64,000 bases of DNA from Tubiluchus corallicola (lineage: Eukaryota > Animalia > Priapulida), in contig JAQGDQ010002385.1 of assembly GCA_030141605.1 (NCBI GenBank), positions 62,001 through 126,000 of the forward strand, given 5' to 3'. Within the stretch, counting starts at the first letter, position 1. Each line of letters opens with the position of its first letter. The position numbers and the translations under genes were made by a program. Positions 7,760 to 16,950 of this stretch are shown piece by piece. The notes beneath the pieces were generated by a model that saw only the letters and a list, made by a program, of their open reading frames with translations, did no database searches and had not been told where the DNA came from.

Positions 7760-8690
7760 AGCGACCTCCGTTGCTTTTGGTTAAAATGAAATCAAGCAGA
7801 GCCAGAGCGTCTGCCTCGTTATCATCGGCAGGGGCAAAACCCTTGGCTCGGACTGCACTGATGACAGCCTGCTTTCCTGCGTTGCCTTTGCCGGTGATAT
7901 GCTTTTTGATGGTGCCGACGGGAACGCCGAGATACGGCAAACCTTTGTCTTCACACCATGCTGAGAGATGAGCCAGAAATCCGCCGTAAGCGTGGGCAGC
8001 ATCAACGCCCATATGTCGTCTGACTTCCTCGAAATAGATCTGTTCGATTTTTCCTGTGAGTGTGTGGAGTTCCTCAAGCCACTGACGGAAACGTAAGTAC
8101 CGCATGCCACCACCTTCAAACCTGCCGGGCTTGAAACTTTCCGATCCGCTGGTGATCTGACCGTCAGCTAATCGCACCGCCCATCCGGTTTGTGTTCCGA
8201 GATCAAGGGCAAGGATGACAGGGAGCTTTTTTGAGGGTTTGCTATATACATCCTTAACAGGACACACCTCAGGGGGTGTCCCTGTATATGTATATATACT
8301 GTCTTGTGTGAGCCGACTTTGTTTTGCTCTCAAACCCTTGTAAAAATTGAAAAAACCGTGTGAACTAACCACCTGTTTTAAGGGGGTGATTTGACCTAAC
8401 CCGTAAGAGGCGTTTATCCCTTTATTTTCAAGGAGTTCGAGCGTTTTTTTGATTTTCTTAAACCTAAGTCGGATCACGGTCGGGTCAAATCCATTAAAAT
8501 CACCTTCAAAGCCTTGTGGGCTATGGGTTTTAGTCAGGTCAAATCCGGCTTTTTTGAACCGACTTTGAATTTTTTGACCTAACAAAACGCAAGTTTTTTC
8601 TGAACCCCTTGTAAAATAAGGCTTTTGATTTGACCTAATGGGAACAGAGGGTGAGCTTTCGCAATTCTGTCGTAGTGTATTAATCATCAT
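7752..8690 (-). CDS. RuvC-like Holliday junction resolvase with ~158-aa N-terminal extension
   Basis: ILALDLGTQTGWA (begins at 8216), FEEV, DDNEADALA; strong SD AAGGAGG before ATG 8690. Confidence 0.8.
   Translation of the reverse strand: MMINTLRQNCESSPSVPIRSNQKPYFTRGSEKTCVLLGQKIQSRFKKAGFDLTKTHSPQGFEGDFNGFDPTVIRLRFKKIKKTLELLENKGINASYGLGQITPLKQVVSSHGFFNFYKGLRAKQSRLTQDSIYTYTGTPPEVCPVKDVYSKPSKKLPVILALDLGTQTGWAVRLADGQITSGSESFKPGRFEGGGMRYLRFRQWLEELHTLTGKIEQIYFEEVRRHMGVDAAHAYGGFLAHLSAWCEDKGLPYLGVPVGTIKKHITGKGNAGKQAVISAVRAKGFAPADDNEADALALLDFILTKSNGGRYA
8270..8640. repeat. Iteron-like TTTGACC repeats (three direct, two inverted); putative phage replication origin
   Basis: Direct at 8388-8400, 8573-8583, 8627-8638; inverted at 8483-8491, 8536-8545; AT run TGTATATGTATATATAC near 8283. 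Confidence 0.6.
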
Positions 8691-10869
8691 TTTTTTCCTC
8701 CTTTAATGGTTTGTTTTTTTCAACCCAGACAGTCGGGTCTTCGACCTCGCAAAGGCGACCGTCTTTGTCGTTTTTGAAATGAGTTGGATAGAAAGGCACA
8801 GTGATGCGTTCAAGCTCTCCTGTTTCAGGATTGAACTCACGTTCATTCAAGCCTAAACGCATGCCTTGGACACAAAGATAACCTTGTGAATTGGGTGGCT
8901 TGGGTAAGCCGTATTGCTTGTAATCATCGCAGAATTTAACCCAGCCTTTAACAGCGTAAGTTGTAAGGTGACGCTTGATTGTGCTGGCTGATCCGAGTTT
9001 CAGCTTATCTTCAAACTTCTGTGAGAGGGTTGCGGCGATATAAACACGACCTTGAAGAGCTTCATTTGCAATGGTTTCAAGAATGCCGTTCTTTTTACGT
9101 TTGCGTTCAAGCTCATGCCTGACGGCAATTTTATCTCCGACAAGCCTTTTTGTATGAGGATCAGGGATAAAGCGTATAAACGCACCGTTACGCCATAGAA
9201 TGTTAATGTCATCACCGCCGGCAGAATAGTTTGATTTCTTGCGTGAGAGAATTCGCTCGTTAGGATCTGCACCTTCTTCCGTTGATCTGGTAATATACCA
9301 ACGAGACCTCACCGTATTATTCCAAGCGGTTGATCCGCCTGTTCCTGTGTTTCGCTGAATACCGCTATCAGATGGATGCGCACAGAGTAAAACAGCTCCG
9401 TTGGTTGCTCGGGCTATCTGTCCGCAGGCATTCTGAACGAACTGTCTTACCTGTGTTCGGTTGATTTCATTGCCTCCAAACAAATCGGCAGCCGTATCAA
9501 GAATTACAACATCAGGAGCAAAACGAATAATATCCTGCAAAAGCTCGTTAAAAAACGGGGTGAACTGACCGACATCTTTATTATCGAATGTCATCAAGAG
9601 ATTGTTCTCACCGACACGTGAAAAGAAAGCCATATTCCCGAGTGTCTCCATACGAAGACCAATGGCTCTATTGATGCTTGTCTGACGACGCCAAAGCTCG
9701 TTTTCATCGTCTTCACACATCAACCCGTACACACGAAGAGGGGTTGTTGAAAATCCAAGCCAAGGTTTTCCCGTGGCAATGCAAGTCATGAGCTGTTGAG
9801 AAAGAAGCGACTTACCGACACCGCCGTCACCATAAAGTGCTGTGACATATCCACGAGGAAGCCAGTCTTTAATGATCCACTCACGCTCAGGCGGTTCACC
9901 TTTCCAAAGGGTCGGATCAATTTTTTCCAAGCCTTTACTTGTTGTTTCACTTCCTTGCAGGAATGCATTAACGGCAAAGCCTTCGGCAACAGCATCAGCA
10001 GCATCCCACTTTTCAGGTTTATCTGTCGGGGGTGTTAGAATTTGCGGTGAACATACATTCTTCTCCGATAAATACGCAGAGAGCTTCTCGGCATATTCAC
10101 GACCGGTATTGTCGTTATCAGGCCAGATGATAACCTGCTTTCCTGTTAGGGGAGACCAGTCTGTTTTTTCAGGCGGAGCTTTTGCACCGTTCATCGCTGT
10201 CGTTGCTGCAATACCTTGACTTATGAGACTATCAGCACACTTTTCTCCCTCAACAATCACGACCGTATCTGACGTTAGTATCAAAGGAATTTGATAAAGC
10301 GGACGTGGGGACGGTGCAGACGCTTTTTTCTTAACCACATCCCAAAGTCTGAATTCCTTTCCGCTTGGTGGATCGTAACGATAGACACAGGCAATTAACT
10401 TGCCGTCTTTATCGTGGTAATCCCACTTTGCGGTATAAGCTCCAAGCTCATCGGTTGGCGGAGACTTTGCCTTTGAAGAGGGTGTATTTTTTACACTCCT
10501 AGATAAGGTTTGAGGGGCTGTTCCAAGATACTCAGAAAGGGACTGGAGGACTTTCGGAAAATCATTCTGGCTTTCCGAAAACCCCTTAGCCTGCATCCAA
10601 AGGTTAAAGATATCTCCGCCGGTTCCTTCTGAAAAATCATGCCAGCATCCGGCTTTACTGCCTTGCAGATCGACAATAAGGCTTTTGCCTTGCTTGCCAT
10701 GAATGTTGCCGATGTAAAAGCGACCGTTTGCAATTCTGCCATTGGGGAACAGGTGAAACAGAATATCTTGCAGACGGCTTAAGGCTGTCGCTCTGATCTC
10801 TTCCGTATCAAGTGTTTGGTGCGGTGCTTTCTGTCCGTTTGCGTTGTTAAAGTCTAACCAATCATTCAT
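8680..10869 (-). CDS. Primase-helicase (TOPRIM plus AAA_25/RepA-like SF4 helicase)
   Basis: VEGEKCAD and WPDND TOPRIM motifs; GDGGVGKS Walker A; VILD Walker B; GSTAWNNTVRSR. Confidence 0.9.
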   Translation of the reverse strand: MNDWLDFNNANGQKAPHQTLDTEEIRATALSRLQDILFHLFPNGRIANGRFYIGNIHGKQGKSLIVDLQGSKAGCWHDFSEGTGGDIFNLWMQAKGFSESQNDFPKVLQSLSEYLGTAPQTLSRSVKNTPSSKAKSPPTDELGAYTAKWDYHDKDGKLIACVYRYDPPSGKEFRLWDVVKKKASAPSPRPLYQIPLILTSDTVVIVEGEKCADSLISQGIAATTAMNGAKAPPEKTDWSPLTGKQVIIWPDNDNTGREYAEKLSAYLSEKNVCSPQILTPPTDKPEKWDAADAVAEGFAVNAFLQGSETTSKGLEKIDPTLWKGEPPEREWIIKDWLPRGYVTALYGDGGVGKSLLSQQLMTCIATGKPWLGFSTTPLRVYGLMCEDDENELWRRQTSINRAIGLRMETLGNMAFFSRVGENNLLMTFDNKDVGQFTPFFNELLQDIIRFAPDVVILDTAADLFGGNEINRTQVRQFVQNACGQIARATNGAVLLCAHPSDSGIQRNTGTGGSTAWNNTVRSRWYITRSTEEGADPNERILSRKKSNYSAGGDDINILWRNGAFIRFIPDPHTKRLVGDKIAVRHELERKRKKNGILETIANEALQGRVYIAATLSQKFEDKLKLGSASTIKRHLTTYAVKGWVKFCDDYKQYGLPKPPNSQGYLCVQGMRLGLNEREFNPETGELERITVPFYPTHFKNDKDGRLCEVEDPTVWVEKNKPLKEEKNDD

Positions 10870-11626
10870 TCTTTAACCTCCCGCATCTATCTGCCCATGC
10901 ACAAAAACGGCACTCAAAATAAGTCGGGTCTTTTGAAATAGGAGGGAGAAGCTCACCTGCTTCTGTCGCACGCAAAATCAGAACGGCCTTGTCACTCATC
11001 TTTTGTGCAAGCACGGGATCAAACGGAACAAGCTCATGATGAAGTTCTGCCGTATCTTTATTGATCGCTGTAAACAGTGCCGGATTTTGACTGATGCCTT
11101 TGATTGAGCCTTCCATATAGGCTTGGTAAATAGCCATCTGTGCGGCATAAACCGGCTTTGATCTGACAACACCTTTTTTAACCGTATCCGTCCATGATTT
11201 ATTGTTGAGCGATTTACACTCCCAAAGCATCGGGAAGTTCTTTAAGGAAAGGCTCTCCGGGGCTTTCGTAATAATACCGTCGACATGCCCTTTGATCTTG
11301 CCGTTTGCAGCAGAAAATCCGAATTGAGAACCGTCAGCTTTTTCCGTGTGCAATTCAAATCCGGCAAGGCGAAGCCACTTGATTGCCAAGTCCTCAAAGA
11401 CATGTCCTGCTTCAAAGATACGAAGAGTTTTGCCGTTAAAGTCCTTATCATGATCCTTGGGCGTATTGGTAAATTCAAATTGCAATGCACGCGAACATGA
11501 CACACCAAGACGAGATGCTCCCAGATAATCTCTTGGAACCTGTCTGCTTTGATGTGTTGTTAATGCCTGATCTATCAGCTCATTAACTTGTTCTGCGAAT
11601 TTTGGTCTGTGATTAAAGTCTAGCAT
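10862..11626 (-). CDS. PD-(D/E)XK (Cas4-like) nuclease
   Basis: GHVDG, WECKS, QMAIY, C-terminal CRFC...C cluster. Confidence 0.85.
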   Translation of the reverse strand: MLDFNHRPKFAEQVNELIDQALTTHQSRQVPRDYLGASRLGVSCSRALQFEFTNTPKDHDKDFNGKTLRIFEAGHVFEDLAIKWLRLAGFELHTEKADGSQFGFSAANGKIKGHVDGIITKAPESLSLKNFPMLWECKSLNNKSWTDTVKKGVVRSKPVYAAQMAIYQAYMEGSIKGISQNPALFTAINKDTAELHHELVPFDPVLAQKMSDKAVLILRATEAGELLPPISKDPTYFECRFCAWADRCGRLKNE

Positions 11627-11997
11627 TAGAACGGCACCTCCTGATCCTTGGTGTGTTCTTCTTCACACTGCATAAATTCCTGATAGGCGGTGACAACCAC
11701 TTCCACGAGCGTTTCAATTTGTGATCTGCTATACATTGCAAGCGGTTTATTCATGCCGACTTCAGCGACATATTCACCAAGCGGTCTAAGGGCTGACTGC
11801 ATGGCACGTTTTTCTGTATTTGTTGGGTCAATCATGTATCCTCCGGTTGTTTTTAAGTGTTTGGTAAAAATGTTCATGCACCGCATGGAGCAGAAGGCTT
11901 TTGCAGTTTTGTTGCGTCTTGGATCACTGAAACGATAGATCGGATCAGACCACCCAAAACCACGGGCTTCTCGAGAACAAACGGCACATTTTTTCAT
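11626..11997 (-). CDS. DUF6511-like Zn-finger phage protein
   Basis: CAVC...FCSMRC, then IDPT-type domain; ends EVPF. Confidence 0.7.
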   Translation of the reverse strand: MKKCAVCSREARGFGWSDPIYRFSDPRRNKTAKAFCSMRCMNIFTKHLKTTGGYMIDPTNTEKRAMQSALRPLGEYVAEVGMNKPLAMYSRSQIETLVEVVVTAYQEFMQCEEEHTKDQEVPF

Positions 11998-13685
11998 TAG
12001 ACAGCCTCCCTTTGACGCATGCGTTTATCCGCTTCAAACAGCAGGTTTCGGATTGCGTTCTTGTTAAATTGGAATTTCAAAAGAGAGCTGGCGTGGTACT
12101 TGTTCAGCCCTAAATCCATTCGGTATTCACCGGGCAAGAGAGCAAGCTGCTTTTCTGTTGGTGCTTCATCCAGCCAACGCTTGGATTTATGAGCACTTTC
12201 ATCAGTTTCGTAGTTATTGAGAAAGTCATCCGCAGCAGCCAAACAGTTGGCGCGTTCTCCTTGAGCAAGCAAGCGTAAACGGTTGTTGTGATCTGTGTAT
12301 CCGACTGAATACCAATGGCCGTTTAGGAAGAAGAGACCTGCAAAGGCATTAAACCCACATGCCAGAAGGGATGAATCATCACCATACAAGTCACACCAAC
12401 GAAAATTAGAACGCTGAAGTAGATCAATCTCTGACATAATGAAGTTAGAAAGCTCTTCTTTTTCCTCTTCTTCTGTCTCAAACTTATATTCACAGAACGG
12501 ACACTCCATGACCGCAATCGGCACTTCTGCCATACATTCAGGACATTCTTTCGTTGGAGCCTCCGCATCTCGCATGGCGTGTTTGCCGTCCAGATCAACA
12601 TCAACTTCAAGGCAGCCATGTGTTAGGCTGGATGTTCCAAAGTCCAGAACAATGCAGTCTTCCTTAATCACATCAGGATGCACCTCAGGATCAACAACAC
12701 GAAGTCCGCGACCGATCATTTGCACCATGGTGGATTTGTAAGAACTCGGACGCAGTAGAATGACGCAAGAGGTCGGTTGAAAGTCCCAGCCTTCTGTTAG
12801 CACTGCGACATTGACGACAACCTGTGCATCACCTTGTTCATATGATGCGAGAGCCTCTTTACGTTCAGTCTCTGTCATATTGCCGTGAACCATCACAGCG
12901 TTAATGCCGTGAGCTATAAAGCTATCGGTCACGGATTGTGCGTGGGCAACCGTTGAACAGAATACAACGGTCTTACGATCCTTTGCTTTTTCCTGCCAAT
13001 GACTGATCACCGCATCGTTAATCGGAGACTTGTCCATAATCTCTGCAACAGCACCCATATCAAAGTCACTGGCAATACGGCGAACCTTTTTAAGATCATC
13101 CTGAACACCTACATCAATAATAAAGGTACGAGGTTTTACAAGGTGACCTGAGGCAATCAGCTCACTGATTTGTATTTGATCTGCAAGATTATTAAAGACA
13201 GGTCGCAAGCCTTTCTTATCACCTCGGTTCGGCGTTGCCGTAACCCCGTAAATCATCGTTTTAGGATTATTACGGCGTGCCTGACCGATAATGCGAAGAT
13301 AGCTGTTTGCAACAGCATGATGGGCTTCATCAATAACCAGAAGATCAACAGTAGGCATGGCCTCTATGTTTCCCTCACGACAAAGGGTCTGCACCATGGC
13401 AAAGGTTGCCTGACCGCTCCAGTCCTTAATACGACTGTCAAAAACAGAAGTGCTGATCTCGGGATTAACACGGGAAAACTTCTCCTGATTTTGCACCGTT
13501 AACTCATCACGGTGAGCAAGGATAAGAGCTTTTCCTTTTGTATCGTTAATCATCTGCCCGGCAACGCTTGAAAACATCACAGTCTTGCCGGCACCCGTCG
13601 GGGCGACGGCAAGTGTGTTGCGATGCTTTTTGAGTGCCTTGCAACTGAGATCAACAAATGTTTTTTGTCTCGGTCTTAATCGCAT
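11997..13685 (-). CDS. SF2 DEAH-box helicase
   Basis: PTGAGKT, DEAHH, TAT, QMIGRGLR; CPEC/CPFC Zn finger. Confidence 0.93.
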   Translation of the reverse strand: MRLRPRQKTFVDLSCKALKKHRNTLAVAPTGAGKTVMFSSVAGQMINDTKGKALILAHRDELTVQNQEKFSRVNPEISTSVFDSRIKDWSGQATFAMVQTLCREGNIEAMPTVDLLVIDEAHHAVANSYLRIIGQARRNNPKTMIYGVTATPNRGDKKGLRPVFNNLADQIQISELIASGHLVKPRTFIIDVGVQDDLKKVRRIASDFDMGAVAEIMDKSPINDAVISHWQEKAKDRKTVVFCSTVAHAQSVTDSFIAHGINAVMVHGNMTETERKEALASYEQGDAQVVVNVAVLTEGWDFQPTSCVILLRPSSYKSTMVQMIGRGLRVVDPEVHPDVIKEDCIVLDFGTSSLTHGCLEVDVDLDGKHAMRDAEAPTKECPECMAEVPIAVMECPFCEYKFETEEEEKEELSNFIMSEIDLLQRSNFRWCDLYGDDSSLLACGFNAFAGLFFLNGHWYSVGYTDHNNRLRLLAQGERANCLAAADDFLNNYETDESAHKSKRWLDEAPTEKQLALLPGEYRMDLGLNKYHASSLLKFQFNKNAIRNLLFEADKRMRQREAV

Positions 13686-13697
13686 TCTGCCACTCCA

Positions 13698-14276
13698 TTA
13701 TTGCGCCCAATGTGGACGATTGGTTGAAGGTGCAGCATTGCCTTGCGTTGCAGGCTGAGACGCAGTTGCAGGAGCGGATAAAGAACCTGCATGCTTGTAC
13801 TCAGGATTTTCCAAGGTCACAGCATAACGAATTTCATTACGCATCTGTCCGTTTTGATCTTTCTTCTGATCAATCTTTGCGACAAAGCTAATGCCGTCCA
13901 GATCGGAAATGGCCTTAATGCGACGTGCATTCTGTGCTTGCGGTGAGTTGTCTTTATCCGAGAGTTTATTGGCAGAGTTAAGGATGCCACGAATAAACGA
14001 ACGTCCCATGTTTTGCCAATCAGGGCCTTTGTTACTGTGAAGGCCAATGAGGCTCCATACCTTACGTTTGGCAAATTCACCCTCCAGGATCACAAACTCG
14101 CAATTTAGATAAACAGCTCCTGTTTCATCGTTGCGAGTAGCATATCCTCCCGTCCATCCTTGGTTGGGATCGTCATAGCCACCGGGTTTAATAGTCATTC
14201 GGACAGGTGCAATTGTTCCTGCAGGAATAAGGTCAAATGAGTTTTGCTCTTCAGCTGAATTAAAATCGTTCCACAT
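13698..14276 (-). CDS. Putative phage ssDNA-binding protein
   Basis: Follows the AAA ATPase; flexible tail ending RPHWAQ. Confidence 0.6.
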   Translation of the reverse strand: MWNDFNSAEEQNSFDLIPAGTIAPVRMTIKPGGYDDPNQGWTGGYATRNDETGAVYLNCEFVILEGEFAKRKVWSLIGLHSNKGPDWQNMGRSFIRGILNSANKLSDKDNSPQAQNARRIKAISDLDGISFVAKIDQKKDQNGQMRNEIRYAVTLENPEYKHAGSLSAPATASQPATQGNAAPSTNRPHWAQ

Positions 14277-14278
14277 AG

Positions 14279-15139
14279 TTATTCTCCTTGTGTTTGGTTA
14301 GATTGAGGTTTTGTAAAAGTGAGGTGCTCGTTGATATTCGGTGCAGGACTGTGGATCTTCTCCATCAGGCGACCGAGATGCGGCTCTTCCAGTACTTCAA
14401 GACGGCGTGAACGGTCTTTAGCCGGATAGCCATATTCATTGAGCGTGTGACAGATAAAGGCACGGTAGGACTTGCTGTCTTCAGGCGTGATCTCAGCCAT
14501 GGTAATGACCTGATCAACAATGCCCGGAAGCTCCAAGCCTGTTTTGCTACCTTCGATTTGCGGTTGGAAAAAGCGACGATTGAAGTCATCGATCTTTTCA
14601 TCCAAGATGCCGACAAACCAAATATTCTTGGCTCTGGTATGCTGTAGATGGGTTAGCCAGCCAATCATCTCTTGACCGTGCAAACCATAAGCACCGCGTG
14701 TGTCAGGCTTGCCCGTCTTTTCACTGAATGCTTGAGGTTGTCCTTTGCACCAGTTGAAGCACAGACGACCTGCAACAGTTATTGAGTCAATGAAGATAGT
14801 TTGATATTTATCAATCATCGAGGGATCGCCGTATTTCTGACAAACCGCATCAAAATGAGCCTGACTGTAAGGTTGTTCAGGACGAAGTGCCGGGTTCGGC
14901 CCACCGATAAAGCAGGCAAAGTCACGACATTCTTCCCATGTTTTGGGACGAATGGTATCTCCGGCCCAGCCTTCAACAGCGAGGTCTCCGGCTTCTAAGT
15001 CAAAGAACAAGGTTGTTTTCGCATCCAGCGTCCAGAGCAAGGAAGTCTTTCCGATGCCTGAGCGACCGAAGATACAGCCCTTAATGCCGCGCATTTCATT
15101 CAAACGCTGATCAGCCGTTATAATTGGAAGTGTACTCAT
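14279..15139 (-). CDS. AAA_24 (Sak4-like) ATPase
   Basis: GRSGIGKT, DLEAG, IFIDS, AKDRS. Confidence 0.85.
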   Translation of the reverse strand: MSTLPIITADQRLNEMRGIKGCIFGRSGIGKTSLLWTLDAKTTLFFDLEAGDLAVEGWAGDTIRPKTWEECRDFACFIGGPNPALRPEQPYSQAHFDAVCQKYGDPSMIDKYQTIFIDSITVAGRLCFNWCKGQPQAFSEKTGKPDTRGAYGLHGQEMIGWLTHLQHTRAKNIWFVGILDEKIDDFNRRFFQPQIEGSKTGLELPGIVDQVITMAEITPEDSKSYRAFICHTLNEYGYPAKDRSRRLEVLEEPHLGRLMEKIHSPAPNINEHLTFTKPQSNQTQGE

Positions 15140-15615
15140 GACTGCACCTCCTGACTTGACTGAATTTTGAATGTTTGCTTGCCGACAGAAACTGTACGAG
15201 CTTCTTCAAAGAATTTGCGGATATGATCAGGCCAAGCCTTGTATTTGCTTTCCGCAATCTTGTATGAAGTCTCAACATACTCTTCAGGGTTATCGCCATT
15301 TTCTTGAATGGTTTTAACAGCCTGTTTAAGTTTGACTTGGTTCCATGAAACCTTTTTCGGCAGCGTTGCACTTATCTTGAAACCATCATCTTCAAAGTTA
15401 ACGGTTCCGGTTTCATTGCCTTTGATTTGACGGGCTTCCTGTGCTTTATTCTCATATTTGAGAAGAACAGCACCATCGAGCCAGTCTTTCATCAGTTTTG
15501 CTTGTCTTAGGGCTTCTTCAGCTTCTGTTACAAGCGTTACAAGTTCCTTCGGAGGTAATGCTGAAAGCTGTCCGATAGGCACAGATGAAATGTTTTGAAG
15601 TGTAATCTCAGTCAT
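15136..15615 (-). CDS. Phage hypothetical protein
   Basis: 159 aa overlapping both neighbours. Confidence 0.7.
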   Translation of the reverse strand: MTEITLQNISSVPIGQLSALPPKELVTLVTEAEEALRQAKLMKDWLDGAVLLKYENKAQEARQIKGNETGTVNFEDDGFKISATLPKKVSWNQVKLKQAVKTIQENGDNPEEYVETSYKIAESKYKAWPDHIRKFFEEARTVSVGKQTFKIQSSQEVQS

Positions 15616-15860
15616 TATCTCACCTCCGTTTGGTTAGGAAGCGAGGAAGAGTGATCAAGAGTCATTTTTTCCTGTTGCTCAGGAGAATAGCTGCGATCGT
15701 CTTCGAATGCTTGGATTGCGTCTTGAGTGTAACGGACACGCCCACCGATTTTGAGGTAAGCAGGTCCTTGATTAAGCCAGCGCCATCTTTGAAGTGTCCT
15801 GTGAGAGATACCCCATTTTCTGGCAAGGGCTTTTTCAGATAAATAAATTGGTTGTTCCAT
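15615..15860 (-). CDS. AlpA/excisionase-type HTH protein
   Basis: LSEKALARKWGISHRTLQRWR...GPAYLKIGGRVRY. Confidence 0.88.
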   Translation of the reverse strand: MEQPIYLSEKALARKWGISHRTLQRWRWLNQGPAYLKIGGRVRYTQDAIQAFEDDRSYSPEQQEKMTLDHSSSLPNQTEVR

Positions 15861-15899
15861 ATTTAAGCTCCTTTAGTTGTTGAACGAAAAACCAAGGAA

Positions 15900-15956
15900 A
15901 TCTTAGAATTTGGAGGGTGTGATTATCGGTGTGTCAGCGGTGTGAAAATCGGTGTG
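15900..15956 (-). promoter_or_regulatory. Putative early promoter with four phased GGTGTG boxes
   Basis: GGTGTG at 15916, 15928, 15939, 15951; TAAGAT -10-like element on the minus strand at 15900-15905. Confidence 0.6.
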
Positions 15957-15975
15957 ATTTGCAGATTTTAGAAAG

Positions 15976-16006
15976 AAAAAAAGCCCCATCTAAAAAGACA
16001 GGGCTT
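15976..16006 (-). terminator. Intrinsic terminator
   Basis: Minus strand AAGCCCTGTCT-tttt-AGATGGGGCTT-TTTTT. Confidence 0.75.
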
Positions 16007-16029
16007 ATTGCGTGTGAGTATGTGAAAGA

Positions 16030-16950
16030 TTAGTAATCAAGCCAGTAATAACCGCTGTTATCGTATTGTATCAGCGTTCCCCAAGCGGGATGGTATTTGC
16101 CTGACTTTCTGAAAACACCCTTTGGGTCATCCTGTGCTGAGTTTGCAGCAGGCATAAGAGAGTGTTTGTGTACTTTGCCTTCTGTGTGAAGATGCTCCAC
16201 AATAGCTGCTTGCTTCTTTGAAAATGAGTATTCAACACCGTTAAAAGATGCTTTCCTAAAGTCCTCTGAAAAACCATCTTGAGTAACAGTGCCGCCCATT
16301 GCTTCTTTTAGAATGTTGCGATCTATGCGGAAGTTGTTGTTTGCGTGTTCAAGGCAATCTTCAAGCTGGATGACCTGATGATGTCCGGGAAGAGAACAGC
16401 CTAGAGGGAGGTTGTTTGAAGTGGTAAGGATAATGCCTTTCTTGATACCCTTGATGTTGCTTAGGGCTTGATATACCTGTTCAAACGTCTTGCTGTGGTT
16501 TAAGCGTCTGGCAAAGAAGATTTCTGCTTTCATTTTGGTGCTTAGCGTGGCTTCACCCAAACGCCAGAAACATTCTGAAACAAGTTCTTGAGTGGGATGC
16601 ACTTGAGACATTTCAAGGTCACGGCGTATCACATAGGGAAGCCAGTCAAGGTTTAACCTGTATTTTGCTGTCATTTCAGCATTCACATTAACCCAACCGA
16701 CATCTTGGTCAAAGTAGCCCCATTTACCTCCACGGCGAGACAATGGAATATCATCTCCATTTTCATTTGGAATGGTGGGGCTTTTCTCTTTTACGCCAGA
16801 TGAAAGACCTTCCAGTTCCTGAAGCTTCTCAGCTCGTTTTCCCATGTTGCGCAACATGTCATGTGAAATAACGGTAGAAGAGCCTTCACAAATGCTACAG
16901 GCAAGTAAAGCAGAGGATTTGGGGATATGTTTTCCTGCTGCTATCTTCAT
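16030..16950 (-). CDS. Hypothetical protein with putative C-terminal winged helix
   Basis: 306 aa; N-terminal CSIC; C-terminal 'YSFSKKQAAIVEHL...GYYWL'; ATGA overlap with the upstream gene. Confidence 0.7.
   Translation of the reverse strand: MKIAAGKHIPKSSALLACSICEGSSTVISHDMLRNMGKRAEKLQELEGLSSGVKEKSPTIPNENGDDIPLSRRGGKWGYFDQDVGWVNVNAEMTAKYRLNLDWLPYVIRRDLEMSQVHPTQELVSECFWRLGEATLSTKMKAEIFFARRLNHSKTFEQVYQALSNIKGIKKGIILTTSNNLPLGCSLPGHHQVIQLEDCLEHANNNFRIDRNILKEAMGGTVTQDGFSEDFRKASFNGVEYSFSKKQAAIVEHLHTEGKVHKHSLMPAANSAQDDPKGVFRKSGKYHPAWGTLIQYDNSGYYWLDY

Noticed and set aside
10862-11626. Cas4-like nuclease as evidence of CRISPR-Cas
   Set aside because: It sits in a phage recombination module with no array or other cas genes.
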